Shown: positions 42,852 to 52,743, counted from the first letter of the stretch. The stretch is 64,000 nt of DNA from Leptolyngbyaceae cyanobacterium (GCA_965263355.1 CBDHHL010000056.1:2368001-2432000); one strand, 5' to 3'. Numbers and translations are program-made. Notes: a model not told the origin generated them from the letters alone.

Positions 42852-43253
42852 TTGATGAACAGCATTATGCAATCGAACATTCAAACTTTAATCAAGCGTT
42901 ACCAACAGGGTGAGCGTATATTCCATGGATTAGACTTGCGGGGGTGTGACCTGAGCCATTTACAGCTACCAGAAATTGACCTCAGCTATAGCATTTTAAG
43001 TGAGGCTTCCTTAGTAAGCACAGATTTAGCATGGGCAGTTTTGCGGGATGTTAATTTGACCAACGCTAACTTGACCTCTGCCCATCTGCATCGAGCCAAC
43101 CTGAGACGCGCTAACCTCACTACGGCCACCCTCAACAAAGCCGACTTGCGCGCTGCCGACCTACGCGGCGCAACTATTGTCAATACAGTTTTTATTGACA
43201 GTAATCTTTGGGGGGCAGTGGCTCCAGACGGTAGCCCACTCCATCGGAATTAG
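42852..43253 (+). CDS. pentapeptide repeat protein
   Basis: RYQQGERIF followed by A(D/N)Lxx repeats. Confidence 0.9.
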   Translation: MMNSIMQSNIQTLIKRYQQGERIFHGLDLRGCDLSHLQLPEIDLSYSILSEASLVSTDLAWAVLRDVNLTNANLTSAHLHRANLRRANLTTATLNKADLRAADLRGATIVNTVFIDSNLWGAVAPDGSPLHRN

Positions 43254-43259
43254 AGTTGA

Positions 43260-44024
43260 TTAATCTATGCGCAACCGACGGGTGATTAAAATCAGACCAT
43301 CTTCCCGAATCAATAAACCAGATATCCAAAGGTTATCCTCTACAGCTGGCGCATCTGCTAGCTTAAACAAACCACCGGCGGATAAGAGTTCTAGATCTAA
43401 GGGACGAGGGGTAAAGAAATCTGCTGCGGTGGTGCCCTCATCTAGGGCTGCACCCAGCAAATAACGTTCACCTAGGGGTTCTTGAACAATGGCATCAAAT
43501 CCATAGCTATTACCTGGTGCTACTCGCTCAGGCAAGATCACCACAACCTCCGGTGGAGTAGCGTCAGAACTTAGCTGATTACGCTCAGATACAATTTCTT
43601 GTGATGTAATTTGATTGTTAATAAACTGCTGGCGGGAGTGAATTACCGACTCTAGGGTGAGGGAACGGGGAGTAGTTTGTCTACCATCAATATAAGTGAC
43701 TGTCTCGGCCAAATAGCCACCATTCATTTCTTCCCAAGACTGTAGCTCTACCCGATAGGTGAGGGTATCGTAACGTTCCCATAGTTGAGGCAATGTTGTC
43801 TTGAGGGCGTCATAACTAAAGCCATCATTATTAGTAAAACCGTCAGCATAAAATGCCATCACCCCCTCAAGATCTTGCTCATTAGACGCAGATTCGATCT
43901 GTTCTAAGGCATTCACCAAGGTTGCTGGTGCCGTTTCTGGAGGAGCAGCTTGGGCAGGCAAGCCAAATATACTCATCCCCAGCACACTCAATGAATACAG
44001 CAACCAGCGGCAAGGATGCATCAT
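43260..44024 (-). CDS. exported NTF2/SnoaL-like protein
   Basis: Signal ending AQA; DLEGVMAFYADGF NTF2-like start; C-terminal GGLFK. Confidence 0.75.
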   Translation of the reverse strand: MMHPCRWLLYSLSVLGMSIFGLPAQAAPPETAPATLVNALEQIESASNEQDLEGVMAFYADGFTNNDGFSYDALKTTLPQLWERYDTLTYRVELQSWEEMNGGYLAETVTYIDGRQTTPRSLTLESVIHSRQQFINNQITSQEIVSERNQLSSDATPPEVVVILPERVAPGNSYGFDAIVQEPLGERYLLGAALDEGTTAADFFTPRPLDLELLSAGGLFKLADAPAVEDNLWISGLLIREDGLILITRRLRID

Positions 44025-44282
44025 ATGTAAAATCCTCGATAGTAGTATCTGTGACAGTTCAGTTTAACAATGGACTAAATTTAGCAAAGGCAAAGCGGCC
44101 AAAAAGCATTATCTTAGAACCGATTGGTTTGGCAAATGCAATCTTTAGAAAGCACTGCCTCATTCGGACCGATTCAGCAGATAATAACTGCTGGTTAAGT
44201 TACCCTCAATATCACCCTAAAGCCCAATTTCTAATCTAGAAACAGTAATTAAGCCGATTTTTGAGGCTACTGCTACTGATAA

Positions 44283-45389
44283 ATGGTTAGAGTCTCTCAC
44301 ATTATGGACGACAGACAAGAAAATGGTGCAGGCAATAAGCTATTGATTGCTGCCAGTGGTACTGGTGGGCACCTTTTTCCAGCGATCGCAACCGCCGAAC
44401 ATCTCCCTGGCCCAATCGAATGGCTGGGTGTACCTGACCGCCTAGAAACTGAGCTTGTCCCAACATGCTATCCCCTCCATACGGTCCGTATGGGGGGCGT
44501 TCAGGGAAAACTAGGGCTGGGCACATTGAAACTCTTAATCCAATTTGTACAAGCGACCTTCGCCACTCGTCGCCTCCTGCAGAACGGCCAATTCCGAGGG
44601 GTGTTTACCACCGGTGGCTATATTGCTGCGCCAGCTATTATTGCAGCACGCAGTTTAGGATTGCCCGCTATCCTGCATGAATCCAATGCTATGCCAGGGA
44701 AGGTAACCCGTTGGCTCAGCCGCTGGTGTTCGCTGGTAGCGATTGGGTTCAAGGAAACACGGCAGTATTTGCCACAGCAGGCACAGACCTTATGGGTAGG
44801 GACACCAGTGCGATCTCAGTTTCTTACTGACAGTCACGCCAGCCTCGAAGACTTTAAAGTCCCTGACGGTGTGCCCCTCATTGTGGTCATTGGTGGCAGT
44901 CAGGGAGCCGTTGCCGTTAATCAGCTGATACGAGCAGCAGCTCCAGCTTGGCTTGAGGCAGGAGCCTGGGTGATCCATCAAACTGGCACTAACGATCCAG
45001 ATACCGAAAGTCTGCACCATCCTCAGTACATCCATCGCCCATTCTTTCAAAACGTAGCCGCTTTATTTAAGCGAGCCACATTGGTCATTAGTCGAGCCGG
45101 AGCTGGGACGTTAACTGAGCTGGCCATGACCCACACCCCATCTGTTTTAATCCCCTATCCATTTGCAGCGGACGATCATCAAGCTTATAACGCTAAAGCA
45201 TTTGGCGATGTGGGTGCAAGCAAGGTTTATCGACAGTCAGAACTCGATGGCAACACCCTCCAACAGCGGGTACTGGCATTACTGGAAACCAAAACAGAAC
45301 TAGACTGCATGCGCGTTGCGGCAAAAGCACTAGCCGTGACTGACAGTGCAGAGCAGGTAGCCGAACTACTCCAAAAAATGATGGCATAA
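44283..45389 (+). CDS. murG: UDP-GlcNAc:lipid I N-acetylglucosaminyltransferase
   Basis: SGTGGHLFP, HESNAMPG, GGSQGA, SRAGAGT, DDHQAYNA. Confidence 0.97.
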   Translation: MVRVSHIMDDRQENGAGNKLLIAASGTGGHLFPAIATAEHLPGPIEWLGVPDRLETELVPTCYPLHTVRMGGVQGKLGLGTLKLLIQFVQATFATRRLLQNGQFRGVFTTGGYIAAPAIIAARSLGLPAILHESNAMPGKVTRWLSRWCSLVAIGFKETRQYLPQQAQTLWVGTPVRSQFLTDSHASLEDFKVPDGVPLIVVIGGSQGAVAVNQLIRAAAPAWLEAGAWVIHQTGTNDPDTESLHHPQYIHRPFFQNVAALFKRATLVISRAGAGTLTELAMTHTPSVLIPYPFAADDHQAYNAKAFGDVGASKVYRQSELDGNTLQQRVLALLETKTELDCMRVAAKALAVTDSAEQVAELLQKMMA

Positions 45390-45405
45390 CGCTGCCGCCG
45401 AAGTT

Positions 45406-45894
45406 TTAGACACCAGCCGTTATCAACAGCTCGCCCACCATGCCAGCCTCAGCATGACCAGCAATGGAGCAATGGAGTTCATAAACGCCAGGTTTCTGAG
45501 GTACAAACACCCACTCCGCTTCAGCTCCAGGTTTCAGTTCCAGTTCGTGAACAGTCCCCTTAACTTCGACCTGGCCTGCTTCTACTTTTTGTGTCCAGAT
45601 CACATCTGTAAAGTCTTTAGCCGTGAAGTAATGTTTAACAGGGCTAGGATTAGCTAACAACAATTTATAGCGTTTGCCTGCCTGAAAATTCAATGTATCA
45701 GGCTCAAACACAAGGGAACCAGCCTCATTACCCAAGTGTATTTGTAACGTTTCTATCGGTTGTTGACTAGGAGCCACTGCCGCCAGTGCCCCATGGGTCA
45801 AAACTCCACAGCACGCAACCAGTAATAAACTGATACAAGCTAGCTTTTGTAACCAAGTTTTAACCAGATTGAGACAAGTACACAGGTTAATCAT
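45406..45894 (-). CDS. exported cupredoxin (plastocyanin/azurin-like) protein
   Basis: Signal peptide; KHYF and YELHCSIAGHAEAGM type-1 copper ligands. Confidence 0.85.
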   Translation of the reverse strand: MINLCTCLNLVKTWLQKLACISLLLVACCGVLTHGALAAVAPSQQPIETLQIHLGNEAGSLVFEPDTLNFQAGKRYKLLLANPSPVKHYFTAKDFTDVIWTQKVEAGQVEVKGTVHELELKPGAEAEWVFVPQKPGVYELHCSIAGHAEAGMVGELLITAGV

Positions 45895-46146
45895 AGGATC
45901 ACAGCTCCCACCATTTCGATCTACATAGCGATCTTACTGGCCTGCGTTACCCTGAAGACATCAGAGCCCCAAGAACCTCTGACAGTCAGATTCTGACGGT
46001 CAATTTTTGTCAGACCATCAGCACTTAATACTTGGGATATTCCATAAAAAATGGTTTTTGACAATACTGCCAAAAACCATGGGAAGAGTTGTGATGAACT
46101 CTGAAAATATTATTTAGTACCCTGAAAGTTGAAAATGCACCATAGC

Positions 46147-46296
46147 TTAGCCGTTTGAATCGGGTTTTATCGGAGTAGCAATAGGGGCTCTCATCTGAAA
46201 TCTAAGGCCTAAGAAGGAAAATTTAGGCTGGGTCTCGGAAGTTTTAACGGTTTGGGTAGAAGGTGTGAAAGGTGCTCCAACATGAGTGAGTCGCAT
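46147..46296 (-). CDS. small DUF4278-like protein (49 aa; not in ORF track)
   Basis: Hand translation MRLTHVGAPFTPSTQTVKTSETQPKFSFLGLRFQMRAPIATPIKPDSNG* resembles the DUF4278 pattern M.LTY.G..Y....VET.E.....FLG..Y. Confidence 0.5.
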   Translation of the reverse strand: MRLTHVGAPFTPSTQTVKTSETQPKFSFLGLRFQMRAPIATPIKPDSNG

Positions 46297-46890
46297 AGGT
46301 CAATTCCAGATAAGCGTGTAAATAAGTGTGTTAGCGGGGATAGAGTATCCTATTATACCAAATTAAAAATCCTCAACCCTACTTTAAAGTAGATGACTTT
46401 TGCAGGATCAGAGACTATTAGGCAAGAACTCGTCTTAGACAGTATGCTGCCAATTAAGCAACGCCCACCATAGCATTGGCATCAAAGCAGTCATTGCGAT
46501 CGCGAAACAGTAAGACAATTAAAGATCGTGTACCTGGGTAAATGTCATGGCTAAAGCCTCCTAAAACGTGTGTTGTATCCCTTGAATTAATAGTAAGAAT
46601 GGCTAAGCCAACTAGCTTAGCCATTCCACTGGAGGAAAGATTAAAGTTTGTTTTTTCCACTAGTGGAAAAACCTTATATGGGGGCACCTCGATTAATTAC
46701 CTATTCTCACCATTTGAGATGCTGAAACCTTTGAAAATACATTCGTGATTTCAACAGAATTTGAATACATAGAGGTGCCCATGGGACATAAAGATTTTGA
46801 ATGATAACAAGACTAGCTGCCATCATTCTGATACCAAACAAAAACGTTCTCTGAGGTTGTTGTTGACAACAAAGGTAGACAACTCACGTA

Positions 46891-47082
46891 CTACAGGTCA
46901 GCACCACCAGAAAAAGCATGACCATCAACAGCCTCAGACGAACGCCCGAAGGGATAGTACGTAGAATCTGGCTGACCATTACTGAAACGAAATCGTGGAG
47001 ATTCAGCTTGGGCAAGGGGGGCAAAGAGCGTAAGTACAGCTGTAAAAGCAAGAGCAGTCAATGCGGTACATTTACATTTCAT
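46891..47082 (-). CDS. small secreted peptide
   Basis: GGAGG RBS; signal peptide ending AQA; 37-aa mature part rich in aromatic residues, Gly and Ser. Confidence 0.65.
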   Translation of the reverse strand: MKCKCTALTALAFTAVLTLFAPLAQAESPRFRFSNGQPDSTYYPFGRSSEAVDGHAFSGGADL

Positions 47083-47424
47083 CTGAGGAGCCTCCAGTTA
47101 TCAGGTTAGATAAGGGCTTAAACACTTATTAGAATGTCGGGATGACCTGAGTTTCATCTGGACATTAACTGAAAAAGTCTGAAGGCATTTCTGAAATTGG
47201 CTGAGACAATCAGGTGATGACAATCACCAAGTGCTGAGACAGGAGCTACTTCCATAGCTGGTCTTCTTTTTTACGTGGAGATATAGCAGAAGCTTGAGCA
47301 AAGATTGCTATTCCCATGCTAGAGTTATGAGACTAAATTAAATAGCTGGGTAGCATACTGTTAGTTTGAGCGCAAGGGCGCATGCTACCTGGGTGGTTAC
47401 CCACGTTACTAAATCGAGGTAACC

Positions 47425-47616
47425 ATGGAAGATACTCAGACGATATTTGAAAAAGCTGTAGAGGCATACAGGGAAAATTGCGATCGCAACGATCTGACAT
47501 TTCAGCAACCCAGTGAAGAGTATTCAAACATGATTCATGACGTTATGTATCTGCGGGTCAGTCCGGCTAGCTATGTAGCCAGATACGATACCCGACGACA
47601 GCGTGTTCTAGCTTAG
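47425..47616 (+). CDS. small hypothetical protein
   Basis: GAGGT RBS, 63 aa, followed by a 13-bp hairpin. Confidence 0.6.
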   Translation: MEDTQTIFEKAVEAYRENCDRNDLTFQQPSEEYSNMIHDVMYLRVSPASYVARYDTRRQRVLA

Positions 47617-47626
47617 AAAGCCACTA

Positions 47627-47657
47627 TCTGTCATAGAGCCAGCAGCTCTATGACAGA
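47627..47657. terminator. perfect 13-bp hairpin between convergent genes
   Basis: TCTGTCATAGAGC-cagca-GCTCTATGACAGA. Confidence 0.6.
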
Positions 47658-47742
47658 AACCTACTAAGTAGTCGCGAAACTTGAGTGCGTTCTCATGACA
47701 ACACCCAGTAGGGTATCGGGTTGCGAGAAGGTAGTTGACCTG

Positions 47743-50700
47743 TTACAGCTCTTTAGGTAACTGCAGATTCAACTCTTGGAAAAACTCCGTATCCTCTGAG
47801 AGTACTACAGAACCTGGTTCAGCCAACTGTCCATTAATCTGCAGCTGATAGGAACCCTGCTCAAGACGCTCTAATGCATACACACCAGCATCATTCGTCA
47901 CAGAAAAACGACGAGAACTGCCATCCTCCGAGATAGCCTCCACTCGGGCACCGCCTACAGCATTACCCTCAGTATCTGTGACAACGCCAATAAACGTATA
48001 AGAAGGTATCAGAGGAATGGATACTGGAGTGTAACTACCAGGGACAACTTCTATAGCTGTGGCCCCCGTATCCGCCTGCCAATCTAACGGGAAACCAGCT
48101 GGGTCAATGTCCAAACGATAGATGCCTGGAGCTGTACGCATTAAGATACCATCATCATTGATTTCTGGCCGATAAGTTCGAATTGATTCATTGTTTAGCA
48201 CCAACAACAGATCAGCATCGTCCGTATAGAAATCTTCTTCCTGATCGCGCTGACCATTGTTGTTACGATCAAAATAGGGTTCTACCAAAATACCCCCCTG
48301 CGGTCTGAGAAAATCAGCCCGCCGATCACCAGGGCGAAATCCTCGTTGAGAATTAATGCTGGAGACTAACTCTAAGCGGAAAGAATCTTCACTAGACGTG
48401 ACAGAAACCCCTTGATAACGCGCTCTTAGTAATATCCCAGGTAGTATCGTCGTCTGGGCCGAAGCAATTAATCCTGAGCCCTCACTGCCAGTGGCATATC
48501 CTGCCTGGGCTTCCCAGGCAAAATTACCATCGGAGGCCCGCTCTCGTGATCGATATCGCCACCCTGCTGTCACGAGATTGCCACTATTTTCTTGGCTACG
48601 GGTTTCGTAATTGGTAAAAATTGAGTGGCCTGAATCAAACGTATTCGATCCAGACAGGTTATAACTCACCTCTGATAGCGTGCTCACTTCATCACCGCGA
48701 GAATCAATCTCTAAATCGCCTAGACTTTGCAGAAAATTCCAGCGAAAATCACCATCTGTATTGATAGTTGTTCTCGCGAATGTGAACGCATCTCTACCCC
48801 CAAAGGCAACTTGTGCACCGATGGCCTCAGCTTCGCGATCGCTAGCAATACCCAGTAACGTTACTTCAGGACTAACACGCCAGTCGACATTAAACCGACG
48901 TTCAAAGCGATTACTCGTAAATCGAGCACTCAAATCATCAGATGGGTCATACCGTACAGCTGCATCCACATCCCATGTGCCTTCATCATCAGCTGTTAGC
49001 ACTCGGGCAGCTACCTGTAAAGGAACATCAGTAGGCTGATAGAATAACTCACCTAACCCCTGAAAATTCTCGTCATAGACAGCGCCAACCCCTAAAGTCA
49101 ACTCTTCTGAAGCACCCCAACGGTAGGCTGCGCCACCTCGCAGTTCACCAAAGTCTCCGAGAAAATTGTTAGAGCCCGTATCACGCTGCCATCCAGTAGA
49201 AACAACCCAGGCAGACGCCCCCGTTGGTAATTGACCCGCCACGTCTGAAAAACTAACAACACGAACCTCTGGTAGATCTGTTAAGCGACCATTGGGATAT
49301 AACAAAACCTGATAGTTACGACTGAGAATATTACGACCAACATCAACCTCGTTAAACCGATATAGTCCTGACGAGTCCACCAAAACCTGGTCAATTACCC
49401 GATTACTAAACCCTTCAGTCAATTGAACTAACGTACCTGGCTCTGCCTCACCTGTAATAGTCCGACCAATTTGATTACCAGATTGCAACCGTTGGCCGAC
49501 ATCAGCACTACCACTACGTTGGTCTTTCGGGTCATAGCCTTGACGCTGTACATAGGTAGCCCCCCACAGATCATTGGCTCCAGCTGAGTCCCAAAACGGC
49601 CCCTGGGAGCCCAATACCAAGTCAAATTGATCGGTGGGTCTAAAATACTGTGCCTCAGACAAATTCCAGCTGCGTGAGTCAGAAAATTCAGGTTGGTCAA
49701 CACTGAGGTACCAGCTACCATCCCAAAGCGTACCCACTGCTGAGAAATCCCCTTGATAGGAGGTATCCCGATCACCATTACTGACGACATCTAACTCTTG
49801 CTCAAAGGCCGTCACAGTCGACTGGGGCGCTTGTATCAACGGCAGTCCCTCTAGCTGTACCTCTGAGGTACGAAATAAACGAGAGCCACGGCTACCCACC
49901 AGCCAAGGAGGCAACAGACGAACTGCGTATTCACTGATATCAAATTCAGCATCAACTTGAAATCGCTCCTCAAGTTCTTTGACCGAAAAGACCAGGCCCA
50001 AATCGTCATCTATTTGAATCGAATCAGGATCCAGCTTTGTGACAAAACCCGGCGAACTAATTTCTAACTGGCCATCGGCGTCAACATCTACCTGCAAACG
50101 TAACGCTTGAACAACCGCATCATAGGGAATCAGCCAATTTTCAAAATCAACGGCCTCAGAACCATCGATTTTTCCTTTTACAAATTCACTCAGTAAGACG
50201 GCACGCTCATTAATATTGACACCCACTGGAAAGACTTCGAATGATTCAAACTGAGAATCGTTTTCCGACGCGTCCGCATCCTCTGTACTGCCGTCCTCTA
50301 GGTCTGCAGTCTCCCCATCAGCTTCACCCGCCTCTAAACTCTCTTCATCATTGGCCTCAGCATCCTCTAGAGATGAAGTATCACCCTCTAAGTCGTCCAC
50401 CTCCAGATCCTCTAATACAGGAAGTGTGGTGTCGTTAGCTTCAGTTTCTATATCAACCAAATCAGGTAGATTGTTTTCAATATCCTCGTCTGCTGATTGA
50501 CTGGTAAAAATTTCAGCAGCGTCAATAGCATCATCCTCTGCACCACTGACATTTTGGGAGTTAAGGTCTGTGCCCATATCAGGCTCTACCAGCAGATCAG
50601 CTGCTGCCATGCCATTGAGGACGGGTAGCGTATCTTCCCCCTGTAAAGCATTAAGCCTCTCCGTCACCTCAGAAGCATCAACTGTCTGGCTTTGAAGATC

Positions 50701-51198
50701 TGTCACTGATGGACTGCTATCCACCGTGTTTGCAGACACATTAGAACCATCAACTGTCTGATTTTGAAAATCCGCCACTGATGGACTGCTATCCACCGCA
50801 TTAGCAGACATATCTACAGGCTGTGGCGACGGCAGTTGAAGTGTCTCAGAAATGGGTTCTACAGTTTGAGACAATCCATTCCCAACAAGTTTATCCTCAA
50901 CAGTTTCACTGGCAACAGTTTCATTTGCTGTAAGGGTTTCCGAATTGCTCTCAATCTGTTGTGACGTCTCATTCAGGCTAACCAGCTGTCTTTGCCCAGA
51001 ACGACCAAATTTCGCAAACATCGGTTTTGGAATCCCCACCCGTCCCTGCCGCAATGAAGTAGGTGCTGATTCCACCACAGGTGGTGTTACTACAGTGGTC
51101 GTTTCCGGTAAAATCCGATCTGCAACTTCTACATTGGAGCCTGGATCTGGGACTGGTAATGCGGGGGGTAGATTGGGGATATCAATAGCATATGTCAT
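47743..51198 (-). CDS. fimbrial usher-like outer-membrane protein with acidic N-terminal extension and C-terminal carboxypeptidase-regulatory-like domains
   Basis: Beta-strand-rich core (YRWGASEELTLGVG), plug-like ITGEAEPGTLVQL, FDRNNNGQRD and GVVTDTEGNAVGGARV...TNDAGVY C-domains; next to a chaperone and pilin-like genes. Confidence 0.72.
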   Translation of the reverse strand: MTYAIDIPNLPPALPVPDPGSNVEVADRILPETTTVVTPPVVESAPTSLRQGRVGIPKPMFAKFGRSGQRQLVSLNETSQQIESNSETLTANETVASETVEDKLVGNGLSQTVEPISETLQLPSPQPVDMSANAVDSSPSVADFQNQTVDGSNVSANTVDSSPSVTDLQSQTVDASEVTERLNALQGEDTLPVLNGMAAADLLVEPDMGTDLNSQNVSGAEDDAIDAAEIFTSQSADEDIENNLPDLVDIETEANDTTLPVLEDLEVDDLEGDTSSLEDAEANDEESLEAGEADGETADLEDGSTEDADASENDSQFESFEVFPVGVNINERAVLLSEFVKGKIDGSEAVDFENWLIPYDAVVQALRLQVDVDADGQLEISSPGFVTKLDPDSIQIDDDLGLVFSVKELEERFQVDAEFDISEYAVRLLPPWLVGSRGSRLFRTSEVQLEGLPLIQAPQSTVTAFEQELDVVSNGDRDTSYQGDFSAVGTLWDGSWYLSVDQPEFSDSRSWNLSEAQYFRPTDQFDLVLGSQGPFWDSAGANDLWGATYVQRQGYDPKDQRSGSADVGQRLQSGNQIGRTITGEAEPGTLVQLTEGFSNRVIDQVLVDSSGLYRFNEVDVGRNILSRNYQVLLYPNGRLTDLPEVRVVSFSDVAGQLPTGASAWVVSTGWQRDTGSNNFLGDFGELRGGAAYRWGASEELTLGVGAVYDENFQGLGELFYQPTDVPLQVAARVLTADDEGTWDVDAAVRYDPSDDLSARFTSNRFERRFNVDWRVSPEVTLLGIASDREAEAIGAQVAFGGRDAFTFARTTINTDGDFRWNFLQSLGDLEIDSRGDEVSTLSEVSYNLSGSNTFDSGHSIFTNYETRSQENSGNLVTAGWRYRSRERASDGNFAWEAQAGYATGSEGSGLIASAQTTILPGILLRARYQGVSVTSSEDSFRLELVSSINSQRGFRPGDRRADFLRPQGGILVEPYFDRNNNGQRDQEEDFYTDDADLLLVLNNESIRTYRPEINDDGILMRTAPGIYRLDIDPAGFPLDWQADTGATAIEVVPGSYTPVSIPLIPSYTFIGVVTDTEGNAVGGARVEAISEDGSSRRFSVTNDAGVYALERLEQGSYQLQINGQLAEPGSVVLSEDTEFFQELNLQLPKEL
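50665..50808 (-). repeat. 72-bp (24-aa) tandem duplication in the usher N-terminal region
   Basis: SANAVDSSPSVADFQNQTVDGSNV / SANTVDSSPSVTDLQSQTVDASEV. Confidence 0.85.
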
Positions 51199-51566
51199 GG
51201 GAACCTCACAACCATTTTTGGTTTTGAATAGGAACTTTTTTTTGTAAAATCAGGCCAACAAAAGATTCCTAGCAAAGAGCCGAAGCAATGATTGAAAGTC
51301 TTTCATACAAGCGTTTTCACTTACTTCAGCACAGGATGACCATCATTTAAAAGCAGCAAGCGTAATGTGTGGGGGACAAATCTGTACCCAGAAATTGACA
51401 ACAATATCTCCGTAGTTCACGGAAATACTCCGGATCACTCCTATGCAATAAACAGGGAGACTGCTGAAGACTGAGTCAGCTTGCTCAATTAGATTGAAGA
51501 GAATTAAATGGTGCGTCTGCGTTCATATCTCCATCCTTAAATGATGAATCCACCATCTAAATCAGC

Positions 51567-51914
51567 ATGATTGCACGCTTACACAGCCGTGTTGCTGCCA
51601 GCTTTTTGCTTATAGGCAGCAGCAGTCTTTTTTTGTCAGCCAAGACCGCATTTGCAGAAAGTGCCAGTACAGATATTTTGTTTACAGGAACAGTGCCCGT
51701 CACCTGCGCATTTGAAGGACTATCACCAGCAGACCAGTTAGACCCAAAACTAGTGATGGCAAATCGTCAGGCCAACTGTAACGAGGGCACAGCTAGCCTG
51801 CATTATGAATCAACAACTGTAGAATCAACTAACTTTCCTATACCATCTGAGGATACTAGCTCAGACTTCACGAGCAGCTCCCAGCAAGGCATCATTACCC
51901 TTACTGCACACTAG
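51567..51914 (+). CDS. short pilin-like exported protein
   Basis: Signal ending AFA; DILFTGTVPVTC plus a second Cys, paralogous to 53275-53736. Confidence 0.7.
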   Translation: MIARLHSRVAASFLLIGSSSLFLSAKTAFAESASTDILFTGTVPVTCAFEGLSPADQLDPKLVMANRQANCNEGTASLHYESTTVESTNFPIPSEDTSSDFTSSSQQGIITLTAH

Positions 51915-52743
51915 AGACTGTACTAGGAATCGTCACATCCAACTCAAACGGCAGGGTTTCCCACTCTTCATCTTCTGGCCAGATCAGCTCACCAGTCAGC
52001 TGATATTGGCCGGATGATAGTGTTGAAAATGTATCATCCAAGGAGCCTAGGGGGAGATGTCGAGACCCTTCTGCGATCACCGAAAACGGCTCAGTTTCAC
52101 CAGCGGCCACTTCTGCACCAGACTGTTTTAGCTGCCAGCTCACACTGGGACGACTTGATGCAGGACCAGAGTTGTTAACCAACAACTCTAACTGATTGTC
52201 TTCGACATCTACAAATGCCCTATCAACAGTTAACTCAGGAGCCAGATCTCCATGGCGTACATAAATGGTGGAACCAACTCGTGTCTTTAGCACAACACGA
52301 ACGCCTTCTTCATTGATTGACTCAACTAAATTTTCAGTAAAGAGTATACCTCGATATTCACCCTCTGCCAGACTGGGAGGGAGCTGGGCCACAAATCGAA
52401 TTTTTCGCGAACCAGCAACAGGTACCTCTAGCTCAATGGGAGAAAATCGTAGATAGGAGGTTAAATCATTGGGAGATGTCTCCAATGATTGAAACCCGTC
52501 TTCTTGATCGTAGGTAAAGGGCTCCATATAGACTCTGGCACGGAAAACCTCATCCGTCTCGTTAGTAACGGTAATCACTCCCTGAGCCCGCCCACGCTCA
52601 GCTTCTACTTCAATCACTAAGGGAGAAATCCCTACTTGTGCTGAAGCGGTCCCTACCCATAGGGCAGAAAATCCAAGCCCAAGGCCCAATATTTTTACTG
52701 TTGATAGACAACGCCAAAAAGGGAACTGCTTTATACCAAACAT
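51901..52743 (-). CDS. PapD-like periplasmic pilus chaperone
   Basis: Signal; ISPLVIE, ITVTN, LRFSP.EL......RKIRF, GEYRGILF, VNNSG; two Ig-like domains. Confidence 0.82.
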   Translation of the reverse strand: MFGIKQFPFWRCLSTVKILGLGLGFSALWVGTASAQVGISPLVIEVEAERGRAQGVITVTNETDEVFRARVYMEPFTYDQEDGFQSLETSPNDLTSYLRFSPIELEVPVAGSRKIRFVAQLPPSLAEGEYRGILFTENLVESINEEGVRVVLKTRVGSTIYVRHGDLAPELTVDRAFVDVEDNQLELLVNNSGPASSRPSVSWQLKQSGAEVAAGETEPFSVIAEGSRHLPLGSLDDTFSTLSSGQYQLTGELIWPEDEEWETLPFELDVTIPSTVSSVQ

